A DNA stretch of 64,000 nucleotides from a cyanobacterium endosymbiont of Rhopalodia gibba (lineage in GTDB: Bacteria; Cyanobacteriota; Cyanobacteriia; Cyanobacteriales; Microcystaceae), in contig CP067995.1 of the NCBI GenBank assembly GCA_045159875.1, positions 2,272,001 to 2,336,000 of the forward strand, in the 5' to 3' direction. Positions within the stretch are counted from its first letter, which is position 1, and every line of letters begins with the position of its first letter. This document shows positions 1-9,814 of this stretch, piece after piece. The notes beneath the pieces are model-generated. The model was not told the DNA's origin, did no database searches, and was given only the letters and a program-made list of their open reading frames with translations. A program made the translations under genes and the position numbers.

Positions 1-638
1 TACGATGTTTAAATCGACTTAACGATTTAATCGAAATCTTTCACCTAACGGGAACAATTTCTTATTATGGACAAAATCTTTATGCCCCTGATATTGATTC
101 TGTAGAAGTAAGAAAACGAATCGGAATGGTCTTCCAAAAACCCAATCCTTTCCCAAAAACTATTTACGATAACATTGTTTACGGAGCGAGAATAAATAAT
201 TATGAGGGAGATCTCGATGAATTAGTAGAGACTTCCCTAAAACGATCTGCTCTTTGGGATGAAGTTAAAGATAAATTACAAGATAATGGCTTTTCTTTAT
301 CAGGAGGACAACAACAACGTCTGTGTATTGCGAGAACTATTGCTGCTCAACCGGAAGTGGTTTTAATGGACGAACCCTGCTCAGCCCTTGATCCTATTTC
401 AACCTTAAAAGTTGAAGAATTAATGCACGAACTTAAGGAACAGTACACTATTGTGATAGTCACTCACAACATGCAGCAAGCGACGCGAGTAGCTGACTTA
501 ACCGCTTTTTTTAATACAGAAGTAACTGAGAAAGGAAGCAAGGTCGGTTATCTTGTAGAATACGATACAACCCAAACTATTTTCGGTAGTCCTCGTCAAC
601 AAGATACTAAAGATTATATTAGTGGCCGGTTTGGTTAG
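1..638 (+). CDS. pstB: Phosphate ABC transporter ATP-binding protein (5' end outside window)
   Basis: Frame is open from base 3 ([11 protein letters not shown]...[13 protein letters not shown]); [13 protein letters not shown] signature, [11 protein letters not shown]alker B, ends YISGRFG. Confidence 0.95.
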   Translation, partial: RCLNRLNDLIEIFHLTGTISYYGQNLYAPDIDSVEVRKRIGMVFQKPNPFPKTIYDNIVYGARINNYEGDLDELVETSLKRSALWDEVKDKLQDNGFSLSGGQQQRLCIARTIAAQPEVVLMDEPCSALDPISTLKVEELMHELKEQYTIVIVTHNMQQATRVADLTAFFNTEVTEKGSKVGYLVEYDTTQTIFGSPRQQDTKDYISGRFG

Positions 639-740
639 AAAAGATTAAGAGAGGAAAGAGGGAAAGTAGGTAGAAATTGTATAGTTAATTTTTACAAACT
701 TCAATATAATCTTTATTGTAAGGGAATTCAACGAAAAATT

Positions 741-1535
741 ATGGTAGCTAATGTAGGAACAGAAACAGTTTTAACAACCCAGAAACTTAATGTTTTTTAC
801 GGCACTAATTTGGCAGTAAGAGAGGTTTCCTTAGAGATTCCTAAGAATAAAGTTGTAGCTTTCATTGGTCCTTCAGGTTGTGGAAAAAGTACTGTTCTCC
901 GCTGTTTCAATCGGATGAACGATCTAATTCCCAGTGCTAGGATCGATGGCAAAATAACCTTTAAGGGAAGCGATATTTATGCAGATAAAGTTGACCCTAT
1001 AGACTTACGTTCTCGTATTGGCATGGTATTTCAAAAACCAAATCCTTTTCCCAAATCTATTTACGAAAATATTGCATTTGGGGCAAGAATAAATGGATTT
1101 AAGGGGGATATGGATGAATTAGTAGAAATGTCTTTAAAAAAAGCTGTAATATGGGATGAAACTAAAGATAAATTAATGCAAAGTGGACTTGCTTTATCAG
1201 GAGGGCAACAACAACGTCTGTGTATTGCGAGAACCATTGCCGTCAAACCAGAAGTAATCTTGATGGATGAACCATGTGCCGCCCTTGATCCCATTTCCAC
1301 CCTTAAAATCGAAGAACTAATTCACGAATTGAAGCAACAATACACTATTGTTATAGTTACTCACAATATGCAACAAGCATCACGGGTATCCGATTTTACT
1401 GCCTTTTATAATGCAGAAGCTACTGATAAAGAAGAAAAAGTAGGGTATTTAGCAGAATATAACGAAACAGAGATTATTTTCCAAAATCCTGCCCAGGAAA
1501 CAACGAGGGATTATGTAAGTGGACGGTTTGGTTAA
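741..1535 (+). CDS. pstB: Phosphate ABC transporter ATP-binding protein, second tandem paralog
   Basis: GPSGCGKST Walker [30 protein letters not shown]. Confidence 0.95.
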   Translation: MVANVGTETVLTTQKLNVFYGTNLAVREVSLEIPKNKVVAFIGPSGCGKSTVLRCFNRMNDLIPSARIDGKITFKGSDIYADKVDPIDLRSRIGMVFQKPNPFPKSIYENIAFGARINGFKGDMDELVEMSLKKAVIWDETKDKLMQSGLALSGGQQQRLCIARTIAVKPEVILMDEPCAALDPISTLKIEELIHELKQQYTIVIVTHNMQQASRVSDFTAFYNAEATDKEEKVGYLAEYNETEIIFQNPAQETTRDYVSGRFG

Positions 1536-2374
1536 AACTAAGATAGGCTCTCACAGTGTACTTATGGCACTCAAAAAATTCGATACTTTGCAGAGTGGAT
1601 TAGACACCCCTTATTATTAAATAATAATGAACCAGTTTTTATCTGTACCGTAACTTGCCAAAGTGGGTGTTGTGAATGATTGTACCGTTTGTTTCAAACT
1701 TTGGGAAGAGATACATTGCTCTGTAGCAGATAAAAATAAGAGATAAGAAAACTAACCTGGATACTTTTTATTGTTACCTTTTTCGCTGAAAACAGTTTCA
1801 TCAGATTAATAGTAAATTTTAAATAAAATTAAGTAACATATCCTCTTTTCAGAAAGTCTCATAATTATCTAATATTTTGCTTTTTTTCCCTTATCAATAA
1901 ATTTCTACTGTTTATCTTTTTAATTAATTAACCTTTCTGAATCTTATTTTATCATCCGTGATATTTTTTTATCTTAATCCTTTAAATATTTTAATCTATC
2001 ACTAGTAGAAGAAATATTCATTGTTGTTTAAGGTTTAAATAGTTCCATTTTTTTTAAATTATCTAAGCATTATCAGAGGCTCTATCTGAGTTATTTGCAA
2101 GCTTAAAACCTTTTAATAAATAAAAAGCGGTCTTTAAATGATTATTTTGATGTCAGTTCCAAAGTTTTACCGTAGTTCCAATATTCCTCTCCTGTTCTTC
2201 TTGATGGCATAATTATCCTGGTGTCTATCAAGATTTCTTTCAAACTGTAAATCTCGGTTATCTTGGCAAAGTTGAGATAATTATTTATCAGCAAGTTTAA
2301 ATTACTAAAACCTAACTTCCAGATACTTAACTATCGTTTAGATTTCTCATCATCGTTATATTAAATATTGATTT

Positions 2375-3475
2375 TTAGTCTTTTTTAGCACTTACTATAG
2401 ATTCAATCGTCTGTAGTAGTTTGTCCTGAGTCCATTTATATGATAAGCTAGCGGCGATTGCACATCCCCCAGACCCGACGCCCTCTTTAACAAATCCTTG
2501 TTCATACACCGATAATTGAGGATAGAAAGACTTAGCAAAACTCAACTGAGTCGCTAAGAGGGGAACCCCACTGATCATCTTCGCTAACCCTACTGTGTCC
2601 CCTGTAGAATCTTCAACGACCCAACGAGTTGTTCCTACAATAATTTGGTCTAGATTAGCTTTTTTTTGAGAATTTTTGACAATTGCCTTGATCAAAGCAT
2701 AGACTGCTAACATTTGAGTCCCTCCAGCCAAGAGTACCCCTATCCGGTGGCTAGCGGTGATTGCCATACCTGCCGCCACAATTTGCATAGGATCACCCAC
2801 CGCTGCAACGAGAGAAAAAGGATTAATAGGTTGTAAAACAGGGTAAATTCCGGCTTTAGTAAGTCCCATCCGAACAATAGACCATTTTTGCTCATGATTG
2901 CATTTAGAATGACTACTATTAACTTTTCCAATTGCATTAAAACCTAATCCTGTGAGAATGGCCAGGGCAGTAGTAGTTCCTCCCACAACACATTCACTCA
3001 GAATCAAATAAGAATTTGGGTATTTTTTAGCTATTTTTTCTCCCCATTGTAACCCTTGCTGAAATAGATGATTAATGACAGTTAAAGGTAAAGCTTTTCC
3101 TGTTGTAACACAATTGGCACTAATACCTTTTAAATTAAAATTAGGAACAGGGGGAGGGAACGGTAAACCAGCATTAAACAGATAAATAGGAATATTAAGA
3201 GTTTTTAGAATAGCGCGGGTAATAAATACTGGTGAAACTCCCTTAGTTAAGGGAGGTAAAGGATGTTGATAATGAGATTGAATCCCTTTAAATAAAAATT
3301 CTGCGTCGGCGATCGCGGTATATTTTCGATCTTCTGGCATAGCCCCAGCCGCAGAAACTCCTGGGATTAATCCTGTGGATGTAAACCCTAAAATGCAAGC
3401 AAAAACTGGATTATAGTTTTGATTAGATTCCAGCCATTGTTTACCTTTTTTTTGTTGTGTATAAACTTGAATCAC
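2375..3475 (-). CDS. cobT: CobT-like nicotinate-nucleotide phosphoribosyltransferase (UPF0284/TIGR00303 type)
   Basis: ECVVGGTTTALA, AAVGDPMQ, LAGGTQM and YEQGFVKEGVG motifs. Confidence 0.8.
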   Translation of the reverse strand: MIQVYTQQKKGKQWLESNQNYNPVFACILGFTSTGLIPGVSAAGAMPEDRKYTAIADAEFLFKGIQSHYQHPLPPLTKGVSPVFITRAILKTLNIPIYLFNAGLPFPPPVPNFNLKGISANCVTTGKALPLTVINHLFQQGLQWGEKIAKKYPNSYLILSECVVGGTTTALAILTGLGFNAIGKVNSSHSKCNHEQKWSIVRMGLTKAGIYPVLQPINPFSLVAAVGDPMQIVAAGMAITASHRIGVLLAGGTQMLAVYALIKAIVKNSQKKANLDQIIVGTTRWVVEDSTGDTVGLAKMISGVPLLATQLSFAKSFYPQLSVYEQGFVKEGVGSGGCAIAASLSYKWTQDKLLQTIESIVSAKKD

Positions 3476-3548
3476 TGATTTTCAAACACCTATTTAAAAA
3501 ATAAATCCATAAATCACTTTTCACCTGCTTGAGATATTTAGTAATTAC

Positions 3549-4331
3549 TTATTGTCTATAATCCAAAATTGTTTGAATTAATCTGGGAGGCTTAGGTATA
3601 GGATTTCCTATCTTATCTAAGATTAACAAAGCGATTAAATGAACAGCAAATAAATAAATTAAACTATTAAAAATAACCAATCCAATAGTCAGTAATTGAA
3701 TCAAATAAAAACTAGGTTGAGATAAAATTCCTGATTTAATAAATAACCATTGAGCCAATTCAGTGATTTGAATAATCATATACTGCCATAAATCTTCTCC
3801 TAATAAAATTGAAAATAACCAGAAACGAAAAAAGAAGCCGAACGTCCCAATTAACGCACCTGTTACCATAGAAAATAGCCAATTTGTCCTACGTCGCCAA
3901 CAATATCCTAATTGAACCCCCATCAAGCCATAGGGCATCAAAAAAACAACACTACGGGTAGGACCCATTAACACTGTTAATAGTAACCCAGATACTAATA
4001 CTCCTATCCAAGCAGCGCGATATCCCCATCGTAGATAAATTAAAGCAATAGGAATAGGAAAGAAAATCCTTAAAAAAGGACCGATGGGAAAATAATAATT
4101 AATCAACCAAATCAAGCTACAAGTACTAGCTAAAAAAGCTGTTTCCACCATTGCTAGAGTGCTACTTTCTTTGATTTTAGATAGGGATAAAGGTTGAATA
4201 TTTTTTAGGTTAGACGGAGGTGCAGTAACTGTTTCTTGAACGTCATCATCAACCCAATTAGAATCAATATTCGTTAAAGCATTAGATTCCCAATCAGATC
4301 CTGAATTAGCATCATTAGAAGAATAGTTCAT
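3549..4331 (-). CDS. DUF2232-family membrane protein
   Basis: MVETAFLAS...FFPIPIALIYLRWG...LMGPTRS; several hydrophobic helices. Confidence 0.75.
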   Translation of the reverse strand: MNYSSNDANSGSDWESNALTNIDSNWVDDDVQETVTAPPSNLKNIQPLSLSKIKESSTLAMVETAFLASTCSLIWLINYYFPIGPFLRIFFPIPIALIYLRWGYRAAWIGVLVSGLLLTVLMGPTRSVVFLMPYGLMGVQLGYCWRRRTNWLFSMVTGALIGTFGFFFRFWLFSILLGEDLWQYMIIQITELAQWLFIKSGILSQPSFYLIQLLTIGLVIFNSLIYLFAVHLIALLILDKIGNPIPKPPRLIQTILDYRQ

Positions 4332-4409
4332 TAAAGAAAATTATCTCATTGAAATTTCAAGAAAAAACTAAGTAATAATTTGTTCTAAGTTATACAGATT
4401 TTAATTTTT

Positions 4410-4584
4410 CTAAACTAAGTATAATACATGTTAGTATCTAATAACTTTCAAAACTATTATTGTAAGCGTATTCTAATAATTTAAAAAATTGATTGCTGTA
4501 AAAATTAGGTCTTTAAAATTTTAAAATCCTCGCAAAGTAAGACTTTCAATTTTTTAAATTGTAATGTTGTCACAGCTAGTCTGG
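4410..4584 (-). mobile_element. Decayed ~175-bp MITE, family A copy 1
   Basis: Reverse complement (ccagactagctgtgacaac...aaagtcttactttgcgagg...agaatacgcttacaat...cttagtttag) is colinear with 43280..43453. Confidence 0.65.
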
Positions 4585-4589
4585 CAAAG

Positions 4590-5240
4590 ATTGTATTATC
4601 AATACACAGAATACCGTATGTTCCCGTAATTAAACCTTTTGTCTTCATTTTGTAAGTGACTGCGTTACGGTTTTCCTGTCCAATTCACTAATACTACTTA
4701 ATTCTCGATGGGGTAAGTCAACAATTTTGATGTCGTGTTTAGTTGTTTCTTCTTGTCCATTTGCTGAGAATAACAGAGTATCAGCTATCCGCGATGAACT
4801 GTCAATTTCGCGTAAACACAGTCAGTCGTAGGTTCAGTTGCCATACATAGACGTTTAGCAATCACTCCTATCAAAGGAATATTTATTACTATATTGTTGT
4901 AAAGAATACTAATAAATTTCTGGGTAGGAATACTGCTAACAGTCATAGTTGTTAGTCCAACAGCACCTGTGAAATGAAAAATCTCTCCTAAAGTAGTTAT
5001 TTCTCCTCTATCTATAAGAGATGAAAGTAACTTCTTTTACTTCAACACGATGAGTCTGGATTTTTACCCAACATTCTAAAATCAAATGAACCGGACTACC
5101 CCAATCATTTTTCATGAAAATTACTATATTAGGAGGTTAACTACAGATAACACAAAGTATGATGATAAATTATTAATTTAAATCTAGAAATACAGCAAAT
5201 AAAGAATAATTATCCTAAAATCTTCAATATCAATGTTTTC
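4590..5240 (-). pseudogene. crp: Crp/Fnr-family regulator (SyCRP1-like), disrupted; ends approximate
   Basis: Minus-strand fragments FMKNDWGSPVHLILECWVKIQTH...KEVT and LREIDSSSRIADTLLF...LPHRELSSISELDRKTVTQSLTK* resemble cyanobacterial CRP (NDWG motif, HRELSS..RETVTR helix-turn-helix); stops and frameshifts. Confidence 0.8.
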
Positions 5241-5396
5241 ATTATAGTGGGATTTTCTATATGTAATTTAATGCCCAAGCGGATTTTTGATCTATCTGTT
5301 ATGCTAAGCCTAGCAAAAATTGTCAGCCTGATTGTTAACTTTTAAAAGTTAGTTTGTTCTATTGAATTTTTTTTGTGAGATTTTTAGCGAGTAAAT

Positions 5397-7160
5397 GTGA
5401 TTTTTCAAGATGATCTTGCCATTTTGATTGCTGACCTTGAAGAAATTCTCTGGGATGGTCAGTTATTAAACGATCCAGGCGTGTTGGCCTTCTTAGAGAG
5501 GGTACGATATTATTTGCTCACTCATGAGTCTTATAGGAAGCCCGAAAATTATCAAAAAAGGGCTGAGATACTAACCGAAGATATTTTAAAAAGACTAGAG
5601 ACCCAAATAATACCCTGGGTACAATCCGTGGAAAATGATCTAGAGAATTTACGTAACCAAAAACAGTCTCTGCTCCAAGAAATTCGGCAGTTAGAATACA
5701 AACGACAACAAATAATGTCTGAATTTTTAGAAAAGTTAACTATCGGTTACACTCAAGTTATCGAAGGACAATCTTCTAATTCTCAAAAAAGTGACCGTTT
5801 CGGTAAAGGTTCCTTAAACAATCTCTCAGTTTCTCCCGAAATGTCTTCAGAAAGGTTAGCCGGTTATATAGATTGGGCCCTAGGAAAAATTTTAGACAGT
5901 CTTGGACAAGACTCACAAACTTATTCTGATTGTCTAGCTCAAGAAATCGAAGGAATACATAGTTTTGGAGAGTGGAGGGAAGCTAAATTTCTAGCCTATT
6001 CTAATTACTTGCAGCAACAATTAGAAGCAACGGTGGATAGAAGTACCCTAACTTCGTCACTTCCCGAACAATCTGCCAGGGTAAAGTCTACTCGGGAAAG
6101 ATGGTTTTTAGGAATTGATTTAACTTCTGAGCAACTGATGGCTGTTTTATTGGGATTCAGCGCTACAACCAATCCTAATACAGGAATTTCCACTTTAGAA
6201 GAAACAGTTAACCTTTCGTCGGTTACATCTTCTGATGTAATGAATCCTTTAGCCAGATGGAAACTGGCCTTAAAGACTCTTAAAACTCAGTTAATGGCTC
6301 AAACGACCTCTTTGACTTTAGGGGAAACACAATATTCTGTAGCTCGGATCATCAATAAATTGCAGGGAATTATTGTAGTTTGTCCTGGTCAATGGAATTT
6401 GGTTGATCGCACCCATCTTCAAAGTCTAATTTCAGATACTTACTCGTTGTCAACTTCAGATCAGATTGTCTGGGTCCCTAAAGCAATCGCTGTTGCTTTG
6501 AGTTATCTTTCTCCTGCTGAAACAACGAGAAACACCTTGATTATTGATGTAGGAGAAACAATTACAGAGTTAGCTTTAGTGAATGTTAAAAAGCCCTTTT
6601 CTAGTTTAATTAGCAGACAATTAACATACGCTTTTCACTCGATAGATCAAGATATTTTCTGTCAACTTATTTATCCTCAATGGCAATCTAAAATTACTAA
6701 AATATCATCCCGTCTTCAACCGTATTTTCCGCAAGTAGGAAGTACTGACTTATTCTCACGAGAAGCTTTTAATCAACAATTAAAAAATCATCCTTTGGGG
6801 AATACTTTTCTAGAAGCAGCTCAATTAACTCGACTTATTTTAAAACAACAAGATAGTTTTGTTTCTTCGTTAGGAGAAAAATCTTGGGGTGTAACTCGTC
6901 AGGAATTTATACAGCAGATTACTATTCACTGGATTAAAAAATTAAATGAAACTTTAAACAGTCTTTTTAGTTTAGGAGAAACTTCTAAATATGGAATAGG
7001 ACAGATTATTCTTTGTGGAAAAGAAATAGAGACAGTTGATTATATTTTATGTGCCTGGTTACAGAAATTTTTTTTTCATAAACCTGTTATTTTAAAACAA
7101 AAAAAACAATCAGAAAATAAATTAACCCAAGGATTGGGTTACATACCAAATTTTCTTTAG
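5397..7160 (+). CDS. Hypothetical protein: N-terminal coiled coil plus divergent Hsp70/actin-like fold
   Basis: 587-aa ORF; WFLGIDL, LIIDVGETITEL and IILCG resemble ASKHA phosphate-1, phosphate-2 and adenosine motifs. Confidence 0.55.
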   Translation: MIFQDDLAILIADLEEILWDGQLLNDPGVLAFLERVRYYLLTHESYRKPENYQKRAEILTEDILKRLETQIIPWVQSVENDLENLRNQKQSLLQEIRQLEYKRQQIMSEFLEKLTIGYTQVIEGQSSNSQKSDRFGKGSLNNLSVSPEMSSERLAGYIDWALGKILDSLGQDSQTYSDCLAQEIEGIHSFGEWREAKFLAYSNYLQQQLEATVDRSTLTSSLPEQSARVKSTRERWFLGIDLTSEQLMAVLLGFSATTNPNTGISTLEETVNLSSVTSSDVMNPLARWKLALKTLKTQLMAQTTSLTLGETQYSVARIINKLQGIIVVCPGQWNLVDRTHLQSLISDTYSLSTSDQIVWVPKAIAVALSYLSPAETTRNTLIIDVGETITELALVNVKKPFSSLISRQLTYAFHSIDQDIFCQLIYPQWQSKITKISSRLQPYFPQVGSTDLFSREAFNQQLKNHPLGNTFLEAAQLTRLILKQQDSFVSSLGEKSWGVTRQEFIQQITIHWIKKLNETLNSLFSLGETSKYGIGQIILCGKEIETVDYILCAWLQKFFFHKPVILKQKKQSENKLTQGLGYIPNFL

Positions 7161-7198
7161 ATAAATAATGTACAACAACCCACCAAGCTAGATTAATA

Positions 7199-8737
7199 CT
7201 AATCTTCTTGTTCGTCATTAATATCTAGCATTCCTTCTCCAAATTTATGTTGGGGCGGAATGGCTGCAATAATAGCATCAACCACTTTATTAATCGCAAT
7301 AATTTCTATTCCAATATCATCAGCAAAAGTCTGACCTTGAGGTACAATTGCTCGTTTAAAGCCTAACTTAGCTGCTTCTTTTAGACGCAGTTCCATTTGG
7401 GACACCAACCGAACTTGTCCCCCTAATCCTACTTCACCAATCAAGACAGTACGAGGATCAACTACCCGATCACGAAAACTAGCCACCACAGCAATCGCCA
7501 CGCCTAAGTCAGCGGCCGGTTCTTCCACCCCCAACCCACCTGCGGAGGCTACATAAGCATCCAATTTTGATAACGGAATCCCTACCCGCTTCTCCAAAAC
7601 GGCTAAAATCTGTTGTAGGCGACTATAATCAACTCCAGTAGTGGAACGACGAGGGGAAGAATAACTCGTAGGACTGACTAATGCTTGCAACTCTACCACT
7701 AAAGGACGAGTTCCCTCACAAGCAACTACAGTAGCGGTTCCTGGAACAAATTCATCACGGCTACCCAAAAATAATTCCGAGGGGTTAGAGACTTCTATTA
7801 ACCCATGTTCGGCCATTTCAAAAATTCCGATTTCATGAGTTGCCCCAAAGCGATTTTTAACTGATCTGAGAAGACGATGGGAAGCATAGCGATCACCCTC
7901 AAAATATAGGACTGTATCGACCAAATGTTCAAGCACTCTTGGTCCTGCAATTATCCCTTCTTTAGTTACGTGACCAATGATCAGTAGAGTGATGTTCTCC
8001 TGTTTAGCTACTTGCATCAACGCTGAAGTACACTCACGGACTTGGGCGACTGAACCGGGGGCTGAAGTTAGGGCAGCAAAATAGAGAGTTTGAATACTAT
8101 CAATAACAGCAACTTGTGGCTTTAAGGATTCTAACTCTCGCAGAATTTCTTCCAAATCTGTTTCTGGTAAGATGTAAAGGTTGGCATGAGTGTTATTTGT
8201 CTCTGAATTTGCTGATTTGGGGTTTTTAAGTTCTTGACCATTACTTTTAACATCAGTGGTCGTTGTTGTTTCTTTGAACCCTAACCGAGAGGCCCTTAAT
8301 TTCACCTGTTGTCCTGATTCTTCAGCAGATACATAGAGAATGCGAGGTAATCTTTGGGACAGTTGGTTAGCTGTTTGTAGCAATAGAGTGGATTTCCCAA
8401 TTCCCGGATCACCCCCAATCAAAACAAGAGAACCAGGAACCATACCCCCACCGAGAACTCGGTCTAATTCTTCATATCCCGACGAAAACCTAAATTGTTC
8501 CTCTTGGGTGATTTCCGAAAACGGAACTGAAATTCGGGGTTGGGGAGGTGTAGCGGAGGTATTCTGCGAACGGGTGTTAGATTGCCATCCTCCTCGTAAA
8601 ATCCCCCCTGATAGACTGGGGTTAATAATTTGTTCTTCCAGCGTTCCATAAACTCCGCAACTAGGGCATTTGCCAAACCACTGAGGAGATTCTGCACCAC
8701 AGGCATTACAAATATGAATGGTCCGAGATTTTACCAT
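7199..8737 (-). CDS. radA: DNA repair protein RadA/Sms
   Basis: N-terminal CxxC..CxxC zinc finger, GGDPGIGKST, KNRFG motif, Lon-like C terminus. Confidence 0.97.
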   Translation of the reverse strand: MVKSRTIHICNACGAESPQWFGKCPSCGVYGTLEEQIINPSLSGGILRGGWQSNTRSQNTSATPPQPRISVPFSEITQEEQFRFSSGYEELDRVLGGGMVPGSLVLIGGDPGIGKSTLLLQTANQLSQRLPRILYVSAEESGQQVKLRASRLGFKETTTTTDVKSNGQELKNPKSANSETNNTHANLYILPETDLEEILRELESLKPQVAVIDSIQTLYFAALTSAPGSVAQVRECTSALMQVAKQENITLLIIGHVTKEGIIAGPRVLEHLVDTVLYFEGDRYASHRLLRSVKNRFGATHEIGIFEMAEHGLIEVSNPSELFLGSRDEFVPGTATVVACEGTRPLVVELQALVSPTSYSSPRRSTTGVDYSRLQQILAVLEKRVGIPLSKLDAYVASAGGLGVEEPAADLGVAIAVVASFRDRVVDPRTVLIGEVGLGGQVRLVSQMELRLKEAAKLGFKRAIVPQGQTFADDIGIEIIAINKVVDAIIAAIPPQHKFGEGMLDINDEQED

Positions 8738-8964
8738 AATGCCTTTTTTAAGAAAGGTTAAAAAAACTTAAAAAACTAGCTGGTTCGAGTCCAAAATAAT
8801 TAAAAAATGATAAGGGGTATGCTGTTTCATTATCCCGTTAAAAATCGTGACTACAGGGAAATAATCTATAATCATTGACTTAATCATAATGGGAAAGCGA
8901 TATTCTAAAAACAGAAATGTCGTTATGTAACTTAAAAGTTCAGAAATTTTACATTTAAGGAGTA

Positions 8965-9705
8965 TTGGAGAAATTGGAAATTCATAAAGAGAAAATTTTA
9001 GTAGTTGATGATGAAGCCAGTATCCGTCGCATTTTAGAAACTCGTTTGTCTATGATTGGTTATGATGTTGTCACAGCTGCCGATGGAGAAGAAGCTTTAG
9101 ACACTTTTCATAAAGCTGATCCTGATTTAGTCGTTTTGGATGTTATGATGCCTAAGCTTGATGGTTATGGTGTCTGTCAAGAATTACGCAAAGAATCGGA
9201 CATCCCCATTATCATGTTAACTGCTTTAGGAGATGTTGCTGATCGAATTACGGGGTTAGAGTTGGGGGCTGATGATTATGTAGTTAAACCTTTTTCCCCT
9301 AAGGAATTAGAAGCGAGAATTAGATCGGTGTTGCGACGGGCTGACAAGAATGGAACTCCGGGAATTCCCAGTTCAGGGGTCATTCATGTCGGGTTAATTA
9401 GAATTGATACGAACAAACGTCAAGTTTACAAAGGGGATGAACGCATCCGCTTGACGGGGATGGAATTTAGTTTATTAGAGCTGTTAGTCAGTCGCTCAGG
9501 TGAGCCTTTTTCTCGTTCAGAAATTCTACAGGAAGTCTGGGGATATACTCCCGAACGCCATGTGGATACCCGTGTAGTAGATGTTCATATTTCCCGTCTC
9601 AGGGCAAAATTAGAGGATGATCCGAGTAATCCTGAATTGATTCTGACGGCTAGAGGAACTGGCTATCTCTTTCAACGTATTTTAGAAGCAGGAGAAGAGT
9701 TTTGA
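8965..9705 (+). CDS. rpaB: OmpR-family response regulator RpaB (Ycf27)
   Basis: KEKILVVDDEASIRRILETRLSMIGY...WGYTPERHVDTRVVDVHISRLR, characteristic of RpaB; TTG start after AGGAG. Confidence 0.95.
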   Translation: MEKLEIHKEKILVVDDEASIRRILETRLSMIGYDVVTAADGEEALDTFHKADPDLVVLDVMMPKLDGYGVCQELRKESDIPIIMLTALGDVADRITGLELGADDYVVKPFSPKELEARIRSVLRRADKNGTPGIPSSGVIHVGLIRIDTNKRQVYKGDERIRLTGMEFSLLELLVSRSGEPFSRSEILQEVWGYTPERHVDTRVVDVHISRLRAKLEDDPSNPELILTARGTGYLFQRILEAGEEF

Positions 9706-9739
9706 CCACTCCCCGTCAAGCTAAAGCTGTGGCGGGGAC
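9702..9739 (-). mobile_element. IS200/IS605-type right-end hairpin overlapping the rpaB stop codon; probable terminator
   Basis: Minus strand gtccccgccacagctttagcttgacggggagtggtcaa: GC hairpin ending in TCAA; related copy at 49889..49927. Confidence 0.6.
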
Positions 9740-9814
9740 AAAATACTCAGTTTCTATGTAGTGTATAAAGTTAATTTCAGACTTGGTGTACGGAGATTTT
9801 ACACAATGTTTTTG

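Noticed and set aside
1560..2370. Possible pseudogene fragments between pstB and cobT
   Set aside because: Short protein-like frames exist but I could not assign a family.
8920..8960. HLR1 (RpaB) site upstream of rpaB
   Set aside because: Only one good TTTACA half-site; the partner has three mismatches.
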